From the NCBI GenBank assembly GCA_018304505.1, contig JAGVWA010000018.1, positions 1 through 53,203 of the forward strand: DNA of 53,203 nucleotides, given 5' to 3'. The notes beneath the pieces are model-generated. The model saw nothing but the letters and a program-made list of their open reading frames with translations. It was not told the origin of the DNA and searched no databases. Of this stretch, positions 9,323-17,206 are shown in pieces. The first letter of the stretch is position 1. Every line of letters starts with the position of its first letter. The DNA is from Nanobdellati archaeon. GTDB lineage: Archaea > B1Sed10-29 > JAGVWA01. The position numbers and the translations under genes were made by a program.

Positions 9323-9469
9323 GCAGGGATGGCAGAGTCTGCGTTGAACTCGTTCAACGAGCTTTCAGCGCGGCTGCAATGGCCATGCACCCGGCTGCAG
9401 TTCAGTTCTCTGTAAACTGGAGGACGGGACAGGAACCGGGAGACACGGATTCGATTTCCGTTCCCTGCT
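9323..9469 (+). tRNA. tRNA-Cys(GCA) with two introns (15/16: 9338-9379; 37/38: 9401-9434)
   Basis: Acceptor GCAGGGA/TCCCTGC plus U73; anticodon arm CCCGG-CTGCAG|A-CCGGG; T arm ACGGA-TTCGATT-TCCGT; BHB-like motif at the D-loop intron. Confidence 0.88.
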
Positions 9470-9491
9470 TTCATCTTATCGGGTAATTAAA

Positions 9492-10052
9492 ATGAATGGT
9501 TTAAATCAATATGACGGAAAAACCTTGCCTGGGTACACAACACCTGATGGCGAAGAGATAGTCATACGCGTAGTGACAAGGTCAGATGTAAGCAAGCTGT
9601 ATACGTTTTACAACAAAATGATAGGCACTGCCCCGTTTTCAAGGTATTTCAATCAATCGGATTCAGAAGAAAAAAAGAAAAAATGGATAAATGATTACAT
9701 TGAGTCAGACTACCAAACACTTGTGGTTGCAGAAGCCAAAAATGAAATCATTGGCTCAATAGGATTAGAGCTTACAGATGTGCCCGGCGCAAGCCATGTC
9801 GGTACATTACGGGGCATATCGGTAATTGAAGCTTGGAAGGGCAAGGATATATCGCGGCATATTGTTGCCGGCGTACTCAGTCTCGCGAAAATTGTTGGTC
9901 TTGAACTCATAATTTTGTCAATTAGGAGTGGGAACAACCTTGCTATAAGCCTATTTATCTCTGCAGGGTTTACAGAATATGGTAGTCTTCCCCAGGGGAG
10001 GAAAATTGATGGCAAGTACTATGATTCAATAATGCTCTTCAAAAAATTGTGA
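9492..10052 (+). CDS. GNAT family N-acetyltransferase
   Basis: LVVAE..EIIG, HVG..GISV, N..AI.LF...GF.EYG, DGKYYD.I.L motifs; stop overlaps cysS start (TGATG). Confidence 0.85.
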   Translation: MNGLNQYDGKTLPGYTTPDGEEIVIRVVTRSDVSKLYTFYNKMIGTAPFSRYFNQSDSEEKKKKWINDYIESDYQTLVVAEAKNEIIGSIGLELTDVPGASHVGTLRGISVIEAWKGKDISRHIVAGVLSLAKIVGLELIILSIRSGNNLAISLFISAGFTEYGSLPQGRKIDGKYYDSIMLFKKL

Positions 10053-11440
10053 TGCAAATGATCAAACTTTACAACACGCTTACACGACAAAAGGAAGAAT
10101 TCAAGACAATAAACGACAAGGAAGTCACTTTTTATAGCTGCGGGCCTACGGTTTACTGGTATGCGCACATCGGCAATCTAAGGGCGTACGTGTTTGCAGA
10201 CCTTCTAAAGAAAACCCTGGAATACAATGGCTACAAAGTAAGGCATGCCATGAACATAACCGATGTTGGTCACCTCACAAGCGACAGCGACACAGGCGAG
10301 GATAAGATGGAGAAAGCCAAAAAGCGCGAAGGGAAAAACGCATGGGAAATCGCCAAGTTCTATGAGGCCGCATTTTTCATGGACACTGATCGGCTCAACA
10401 TCGCGCGGCCAACAATAACGTGCAGGGCAACAGACCACATCAAGGAACAGATAAGCTTAGTAACGGCACTGGAAGAAAAAGGCTACACGTACCGTATTGA
10501 AGACGGAATCTATTTCGACACGTCCAAGTTATCTGATTACGGAAAGCTGGCAAGGCTCGACATTGAGGGCTTAAAGGCCGGCGCGCGCATCGAACTAGTT
10601 CCGGGTAAGAAGAACCCGACGGACTTCGCCCTATGGAAATTTTCCCCAAAAGACGCACAGCGCGACATGGAATGGGACAGCCCGTGGGGCATCGGGTTTC
10701 CAGGATGGCACATTGAATGCAGCGCGATGAGCATGCACCATCTCGGTAATCATTTTGACATACACACAGGCGGTGTTGATCACATTCCAGTACATCACAC
10801 AAACGAGATCGCGCAGTCAGAAAGCGCAACAGGGGAACAGTTCGTGAATTATTGGCTCCATAACGAGTTTGTTAATTTTAAGGACGTGAAGATGAGCAAG
10901 AGCAGCGGGGACATTTTGACATTGGACGTCCTAATAAACAGTGGCTACTCTCCAATGGATTACCGCTACCTGCTTTTGATGAGCCATTACAGAAGCCAAG
11001 TCACGTTTTCATTAGAAGCAATGGACAATGTAAAGAACACCCTCGAGCGGCTAAAGCGGCATGTTGTAGAACTCAGAAAGTCAGGCACAGGAAAAATTAA
11101 CGAAGCGTACGTGACAAAATTCGTTGAGAAAATGAATGACGATCTCAGCACGCCGGAAGCCCTTTCCGTGATGTGGGAGATGGTCCGCGATGATTCCATT
11201 TCAAGTAGCGATAAATACGCCACGCTCCTCGATTTCGACAAAATCCTATCATTGGGCATTGCGGAAATGCAGGAAGAGAAAGTAGAATTGACTCCCGACG
11301 AGCAGGCACTGGTGGAAAAACGCGATAAGGCACGCGCAGAGAAGGATTGGAAAACCAGCGACGAAATTCGGGATGAATTGAAGAAGCGCGGCCTGCAACT
11401 GCTTGACACGCCAGAGGGTACCAAGGTCGAGCAGGCGTAG
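10052..11440 (+). CDS. cysS: Cysteinyl-tRNA synthetase
   Basis: CGPTVY, HIGN, DFALWK, PGWHIECSAM, HH.NEIAQS, KMSKS. Confidence 0.98.
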   Translation: MQMIKLYNTLTRQKEEFKTINDKEVTFYSCGPTVYWYAHIGNLRAYVFADLLKKTLEYNGYKVRHAMNITDVGHLTSDSDTGEDKMEKAKKREGKNAWEIAKFYEAAFFMDTDRLNIARPTITCRATDHIKEQISLVTALEEKGYTYRIEDGIYFDTSKLSDYGKLARLDIEGLKAGARIELVPGKKNPTDFALWKFSPKDAQRDMEWDSPWGIGFPGWHIECSAMSMHHLGNHFDIHTGGVDHIPVHHTNEIAQSESATGEQFVNYWLHNEFVNFKDVKMSKSSGDILTLDVLINSGYSPMDYRYLLLMSHYRSQVTFSLEAMDNVKNTLERLKRHVVELRKSGTGKINEAYVTKFVEKMNDDLSTPEALSVMWEMVRDDSISSSDKYATLLDFDKILSLGIAEMQEEKVELTPDEQALVEKRDKARAEKDWKTSDEIRDELKKRGLQLLDTPEGTKVEQA

Positions 11441-11490
11441 TGTAAGATGTTGTGGCTTAGAAGCTTAGGACGGTTAGGTGAATAACTTCA

Positions 11491-14397
11491 TTAAACCTTC
11501 GCAGCTACAACAGTAATACTTGCTTCAGCGATCTTTGCCTTTGTCTCTTCGCCGGCTAGCGATTTTTTCTCAACAACATTTATTGAATCAGAGTTTGTGG
11601 TCTTCTGCACTTCATCCAACGCCACCGAGTTCTTGAAATCGCGAGGCGCGATCACTTCGACCTTGATGTGGTCAGGCTCTTGCAAGCCGAGTTGTTTCCT
11701 CAGTTGCTGCACTGTCCGAATTAAATCGCGCGTAGCACCTTCTTTCCTCAACTCGTCATTGAGTTGCTTGTTCAAGTAGACCGTTCCTGACCCGAATTGC
11801 GCTTCTGCATAGTCCCCCTTTGGCGCTTCTTTTGCATGTTTTATTTCGTGAACATTCAGTTGCTCTTTCATTATGTGCTCAACGCCAGCCAGAGGAACTG
11901 GCGAATCGCTAACTATAACAAGGTCTTGCAATGGCTGCCTGACTTTCATTCCAATCTCGTTCCGCAATGCTAGCGCTGATTCCATTATCTGTTTCATCCT
12001 TATGAATTGCTCTTCGAGTTTCTCGTCGTGCATTTCATCATTCGCTTCTGGGAATGTTTCCAAGTGCACTGACTCGTTGCCAGTCAGGTTTGTGTAGATT
12101 TCGTCAGACGCAAACGGCATTATTATTGATGAAATAATCGAAGTTTCCCTGAGGAGCTTGTTCAGCACATCAAATACGGCTTCATTGTTGCGGTTTTCCT
12201 TTACGCGCGAGCGTATGTATTTTACGTAGTCTCTTGACAAGTCATTCACGATGAACTCATGCAAGGCCCTTGCAGGTATAGACGTGTTAAGCTCTTTTTC
12301 GTAGCCCTGCACTGTATCGATTTTCAGCTTCTGGAGCCTTGAGAGTATCCACTTATCCTCGATTTCAAGCTTTTCTGGCAGTGGCTCTTTTGGCGTATAT
12401 CCATTCAGCAGCATGAATTTGACTGCGTAATTGTAGACGTTCCAGTAGGTGTTCATGGCGTTTTGTATTATCCTAATGTTGTCTTCGTCCCACTGCACGT
12501 TATCCCATGGCGTTGATGCCCACAGCAAGAACCACCTCACAATGTCAGGCCCGAATTTCTCAATAACGTCAAATGGCGCAACAACATTGCCCCTGCTCTT
12601 GCTCATTTTTTCGCCCTTCGCGTCCAGCACCAGGCCATTGACAAGGACCGAGTTAAACGGTGCCTCGTTGAAAACAATTGTGGATTCAACCAGCATAAGG
12701 TAGAACCAGCCCCTTGTTTGGTCTAGCCCTTCGGTTATAAAATCAACGGGAAACCATTTCTTGAATTCTTCATTTCTTGGATAACCAAATGGCGCCCAAG
12801 TGTCAGCACCAGCGTCGAACCAAACGTCGGTAACGTCCGTAGTGCGATGTGATTCCTTGCCACAGTTTTCACACTTTATGGTTACCTCATCAATATACGG
12901 CCTGTGCAGGTCCATACCCGCCTTGTAATTTGTGGCCTTTTCTCGTAGCTCTTTCACACTACCAATGACAGTGAGTTTGTCACAATCTGAGCATTCCCAT
13001 ACCGGAATCGGTATGCCCCAATACCTCTGCCTGGAGATGTTCCAGTCCCGGGCATTGGAAAGCCAATCATGGAATCGCTTCTGGCCGGCCCAGTCTGGTA
13101 CCCACCTTATTTTCGAGTTCAGGTCGAGCATTCGCTGCTTGATCGGCTCAATTTTGATGAACCACTGCGGCGTCGTTATGTAAATCAGTTTAGTTCTGCA
13201 CCGCCAACAGTGAGGATAGCTATGCGTAATTTTCTCGGTAAACAAGAGTGAGCCTTGATGGTCCAGCATTTCATTTATCTCGTTGTTGACCTTCAATACA
13301 TTTTTTCCCTTTAGTTCGGGGCCCGCTTCTTCATTATACTTTCCAGCCCGGTCAACGGGAGACAGTATTCTCAGATTGTATTTTAGTCCCGAGTTGTAAT
13401 CGTCTGGCCCATGCCCTGGGGCTGTGTGGACAACGCCTGTGCCGTCTCCAGTTGTGACATATTCTTCTGTAATTGTTTTGTGCACGAATTCCTTGTGCAC
13501 AGGCACCTGGTTTTCTAATGGATGTACATACGTCAGGTTCGTCAAGTCCGCTCCCTGCATCTCCTCAAGAACTTCGTAGACATCATGGCCGAGTTTTTTC
13601 ATCACGCTTTCAACTAAGTCCTTGGCGAGTATGTATACATCATCTTGGACTTTGACCCTGGCATAGGTAAAAGTTGGATGCACTGCCACGGCAACGTTGC
13701 TCGGTATTGTCCACGGGGTTGTTGTCCAAACCAAGAAGTACTCATTGTCCTTGTCGTTTATCTTGAACCTAAGGTATATCGAGGTATCGGTAACGTCCTC
13801 ATATCCCTGGCTGACTTCATGCTGCGCTAAACCGGTTTGGTGGTGCGGGCACCATGGCGTAGAGCCCTGGCCCTTGTACAATAAGTCTTGAGCATGCGCT
13901 TTTTCAAAAAAGAGCCACGTTGAGTCAATGTAATCATTTTCAAATGTTATGTATTTGTTGTCTAAGTTCCACAAGCTCGATGAGCCGAACTTTTCATAGA
14001 ATTCACCCCATAAATCCAGGTACTTTAGCGCGTGTTCCCGGCACGCCTTGTTGAACTTTTCAATGCCGAATTTCTCAATGTCAGAGCTGTCGAGTTTCAG
14101 TTCGTTTTGCACCATTGTCTCGACTGGCAGGCCGTGGGTGTCAAATCCAGGCTGGAGCCACACATTCTCCCCCTTAAGCAATCTGTATTTGCAGATGGTT
14201 TCGCGCAGGGTCCTGGTAAGGGCATGCCCCATGTGCGGCGGCGCGTTGGCATATGGCGGCCCATCGAGGTAGAAAAACTTTTTCCCCATTGCGTTTTTTT
14301 TCTTGCGCTTTTCAAGTAACTTGATGTCGCGCCATCGCTTGATGAACTTTTCCTGCAATTCAGTTGCGTTGTATTGTCCAACAGATTCCATTGTCAT
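11491..14397 (-). CDS. ileS: Isoleucyl-tRNA synthetase
   Basis: DGPPYAN, HMGH, WTTTPWT, DWNISRQRYWG, DQTRGWF, KMSKS. Confidence 0.97.
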   Translation of the reverse strand: MTMESVGQYNATELQEKFIKRWRDIKLLEKRKKKNAMGKKFFYLDGPPYANAPPHMGHALTRTLRETICKYRLLKGENVWLQPGFDTHGLPVETMVQNELKLDSSDIEKFGIEKFNKACREHALKYLDLWGEFYEKFGSSSLWNLDNKYITFENDYIDSTWLFFEKAHAQDLLYKGQGSTPWCPHHQTGLAQHEVSQGYEDVTDTSIYLRFKINDKDNEYFLVWTTTPWTIPSNVAVAVHPTFTYARVKVQDDVYILAKDLVESVMKKLGHDVYEVLEEMQGADLTNLTYVHPLENQVPVHKEFVHKTITEEYVTTGDGTGVVHTAPGHGPDDYNSGLKYNLRILSPVDRAGKYNEEAGPELKGKNVLKVNNEINEMLDHQGSLLFTEKITHSYPHCWRCRTKLIYITTPQWFIKIEPIKQRMLDLNSKIRWVPDWAGQKRFHDWLSNARDWNISRQRYWGIPIPVWECSDCDKLTVIGSVKELREKATNYKAGMDLHRPYIDEVTIKCENCGKESHRTTDVTDVWFDAGADTWAPFGYPRNEEFKKWFPVDFITEGLDQTRGWFYLMLVESTIVFNEAPFNSVLVNGLVLDAKGEKMSKSRGNVVAPFDVIEKFGPDIVRWFLLWASTPWDNVQWDEDNIRIIQNAMNTYWNVYNYAVKFMLLNGYTPKEPLPEKLEIEDKWILSRLQKLKIDTVQGYEKELNTSIPARALHEFIVNDLSRDYVKYIRSRVKENRNNEAVFDVLNKLLRETSIISSIIMPFASDEIYTNLTGNESVHLETFPEANDEMHDEKLEEQFIRMKQIMESALALRNEIGMKVRQPLQDLVIVSDSPVPLAGVEHIMKEQLNVHEIKHAKEAPKGDYAEAQFGSGTVYLNKQLNDELRKEGATRDLIRTVQQLRKQLGLQEPDHIKVEVIAPRDFKNSVALDEVQKTTNSDSINVVEKKSLAGEETKAKIAEASITVVAAKV

Positions 14398-14409
14398 CTT
14401 CCGATATCA

Positions 14410-16722
14410 TTATTTTATGTTGTGCATTATTACTAAGTCATCTTTGAACAGTTCTAACTCTTCAGGTATTTTAATGCCCGTGATTTCTGCTTTTAATGAA
14501 ATGCCTTTTTCTTTTTTTGTTTTCCAAATCATTGAGTTGAAGTCCATCAATGCTTGCGTTTTTTCGCTTAGAATTTGTGGCGTTTTCGCATCGTATTCTG
14601 GAAACGTCTCGTTGTGTATCAATCCGCTGTACAGCTCATTGTAAACCTTGTGCGTAACAAACGGTGTTATCGGCGCTAGTAGTTTAAGGACGCCCTGTAA
14701 AACGTAATGCAGCGTGTACAATGCCGAAGCGTCGTTGTCATAAGCCCTGTTCTTGACCATTTCAACATAGTGACTCGCAAACTGGTTCATGACAAACTCC
14801 CTGACGCGGTTTGCCGGAACGAAGAAATTATAATCTTGGTAGCCTTTTAGCGATTCCTTAACAAGGTTGTTGAACTCCTCCAGGATCCACTTGTCTGTGC
14901 CCGTTAGTTCTTTTGGTTTCTCAGCCTGGGCGAACATGGAAATCAGTTTTGAGAGGTTCCAGAGTTTTGTAATGAACTTTGCCGCTCCGTTAATGCGGTC
15001 TTCAGAAATCCTGAAGAACTCCCCAACATTGGATTCGCTGGCGGCCCATAATCGCCATGCATCGGCCCCGTATTTTTCTAGTATTGGGTTTATTTCCAGG
15101 TAGTTGCCTGCCGACTTCGACATTTTCTTTCCATCTTCTGCCAAGCCGAGGCCGTCGATCCACACCTTTTTGAAAGGCGCTTCATTCAATAGCTGCAAGT
15201 TGCGGAGGATCGTATAGTACAACCAGGTTCTGACGATTTCTGGACCCTGCGGTCGAATCGAAACAGGAAATGCTTTTTTGAACAACTCATCGTCGCGCGA
15301 AAACCCGGAGATGTAAAGGCTGGACAAGGATGAGTCAACCCACGTATCAAATACTTTATCTTCGCCAATAAACTCTGTGCAGCCGCATTCTGTGCATTTC
15401 GTAAACGGTGCCTTGTCCTTCCACGGCCTATAGTACGGGCCTGGCTCTGGCAGCATAGGGTGATGATTGTCCTTGCAGTACCACAACGGAATCTCAGTGT
15501 GATAGTACCTGCGTCGTGATATCGGCCAGTCGATTGTTATCGAGTTTATCCAGTCAGTAAGTATCTGCTTGTTTTTCGCTGGCAGGAACGTCATCGCGTC
15601 TGCCTTTTTCCTAACGTCATCTAGAAATTCGAGTTGTTTGATGTACCATTCCTTCATGCTGACGAATTCTAGAGGGTCTTTTGAGCGCTCGCACGTCGGA
15701 GTCCTGTGCGTCATGTCTTCTTGTTTCACGAGCAGGTCTTCATGCTTAAGCTTTTCAATAATTGTCTTGCGCGCCTCTTTCACAGTAAGACCTTTCAGAA
15801 ATCCAGTGGCTTGTGTCATTAGACCGTCTTCGCCAATGCCTTGCACTGGCTCCAAGCTCAATTCTCTGAAGATCTGCACATCGCTTGTGTCGCCGTAGCT
15901 GCATATCATTACGATTCCAGTGCCGAATTCAGGCTTGGCGTAAGTGTGTGCATAAATTGGAACTTCAGTTCCATACAATGGAACGATTGCATGTTTTCCG
16001 TGTAAGTATTTGTAGCGCTCGTCGTCTGGATGGACTAGGATTGCTTTACACGCCACCAATAGTTCTGGCCGTGTAGTACCAATTTCGATTTCGTCATTGG
16101 TTTCCGTTACCTTGAATTTTATAGTATTCATTTTGCTTGGCAATTCTTCGTAAACAATTTCGGCTTCCGCTATCGTTGTCCTGCAGCCGGGGCAGTAGAA
16201 GTTTGGCCGTAGGTGTTCGACAATTTGCCCCCTGTGCCACATTTCAATGAACATGGCTTGAGAGAAAGCCCTGTAGTCGTCACTGTCTGTGGCGTACGCG
16301 TTTTTGAAGTCAAAACTCATTCCGGAGCGCTTGAAAATATCAATGATACTTGTACCGATTTTGTTCATCTCGATAACGCATTCTTTGACGAAGAATTCCC
16401 TGTCCATGTCATGGATGCTCTTCTTGTGCTTTTTTTCAACTAAGAGTTCTAGGTTTATGCCGTTCCTGTCGAGGCCAATTGGAAAGAGAACATTGTAGCC
16501 TTGCATCCTTGCGGTGCGTCCGATCATGTCGATCTTGCAGTAGTGCGCCAGCTGTCCAGGATGGGGATCTCCAGAAGGATACGGCGGGGGATTGTCTATT
16601 GAAAACGTTTCCTTGTCCGAGTTCCTGTCGAACGAGAAATCGTAGTCAATATCGAATTCTGTTATGAGTTCTTTTTCGTTTTCGCTCGTGAATCTCTTTT
16701 CAGTCAGTTTCGCTTCAGCCAA
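14410..16722 (-). CDS. valS: Valyl-tRNA synthetase (TTG start)
   Basis: DNPPPY, TTRPEL, FGTG.VM.CSYGD, DWPISRR, IVRTW, KMSKS; GGTGA SD. Confidence 0.95.
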   Translation of the reverse strand: MAEAKLTEKRFTSENEKELITEFDIDYDFSFDRNSDKETFSIDNPPPYPSGDPHPGQLAHYCKIDMIGRTARMQGYNVLFPIGLDRNGINLELLVEKKHKKSIHDMDREFFVKECVIEMNKIGTSIIDIFKRSGMSFDFKNAYATDSDDYRAFSQAMFIEMWHRGQIVEHLRPNFYCPGCRTTIAEAEIVYEELPSKMNTIKFKVTETNDEIEIGTTRPELLVACKAILVHPDDERYKYLHGKHAIVPLYGTEVPIYAHTYAKPEFGTGIVMICSYGDTSDVQIFRELSLEPVQGIGEDGLMTQATGFLKGLTVKEARKTIIEKLKHEDLLVKQEDMTHRTPTCERSKDPLEFVSMKEWYIKQLEFLDDVRKKADAMTFLPAKNKQILTDWINSITIDWPISRRRYYHTEIPLWYCKDNHHPMLPEPGPYYRPWKDKAPFTKCTECGCTEFIGEDKVFDTWVDSSLSSLYISGFSRDDELFKKAFPVSIRPQGPEIVRTWLYYTILRNLQLLNEAPFKKVWIDGLGLAEDGKKMSKSAGNYLEINPILEKYGADAWRLWAASESNVGEFFRISEDRINGAAKFITKLWNLSKLISMFAQAEKPKELTGTDKWILEEFNNLVKESLKGYQDYNFFVPANRVREFVMNQFASHYVEMVKNRAYDNDASALYTLHYVLQGVLKLLAPITPFVTHKVYNELYSGLIHNETFPEYDAKTPQILSEKTQALMDFNSMIWKTKKEKGISLKAEITGIKIPEELELFKDDLVIMHNIK

Positions 16723-16727
16723 TCAAT

Positions 16728-16794
16728 TCACCATAACTCGTTTTAATAGCAACTCCAAAATGTTTGTTAGAGTAGCTATTTAGAAATAACTACT
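16728..16794 (-). promoter_or_regulatory. Putative attenuator with mutually exclusive hairpins upstream of valS
   Basis: 1:2 AGTAGTTATT/AATAGCTACT; 2:3 AATAGCTACTCTAA/TTGGAGTTGCTATT; weak 3:4 pairing over SD GGTGA. Confidence 0.6.
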
Positions 16795-16856
16795 ACGGGT
16801 TGAGGTAAAGAAATTATTTCTATTATAACTTTTGTAAGGTAGTACATGAGTCTCAT
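16776..16856 (-). CDS. Val/Ile-rich leader peptide MRLMYYLTKVIIEIISLPQPVVVISK
   Basis: 4 Val and 5 Ile within 15 codons; ends 53 nt before valS-ileS; TATA at 16886-16894. Confidence 0.7.
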   Translation of the reverse strand: MRLMYYLTKVIIEIISLPQPVVVISK

Positions 16857-17107
16857 TTTGCCCAGATAAATTAGCAGGGATTTGGTATATATTAATTGTT
16901 GCTCTCTTCCTGCATACTCACGGGTTTTGTTTCAAAAATGTCTTAGTTTGCTTTAGGAATTCCTTTAGCGTGAATTCTGTTAGTTTCGATCAAGGATTCG
17001 AAGTAAGGCTCTCTCTAGTGATATGTTAAGCAGCGGAAATTCATTATAGTCAAAACGTTAATCGAATCCATCAGCTAGGCATAAATTTAAGATGGTTTTT
17101 AAAACTA

Positions 17108-17168
17108 TGCTTTAGTAATGCACAAAAGCTTGCATTAGTAATGCACAAAAGCTTGCATTAGTAATGCA
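17108..17168. repeat. 23-bp tandem repeat (about 2.6 copies) containing palindrome TGCATTAGTAATGCA
   Basis: Read directly: TGCWTTAGTAATGCACAAAAGCT x2 plus a partial copy. Confidence 0.9.
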
Positions 17169-17206
17169 TGAAAATATGTATTGCCCCTGCACAATTTAAA
17201 ATAAGG

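Noticed and set aside
9395-9440. Alternative splicing of tRNA-Cys to a tRNA-Tyr (CTGTAA|A loop inside the intron)
   Set aside because: It needs a second 15-nt excision with no BHB support, and G1-C72 and U73 are Cys identity elements, not archaeal Tyr ones.
9220-9474. 84-aa minus-strand ORF from the track
   Set aside because: It overlaps the tRNA-Cys gene and Cys leader on the plus strand.
17108-17168. Mini CRISPR array
   Set aside because: Units are directly tandem with no unique spacers, and there are no cas genes.
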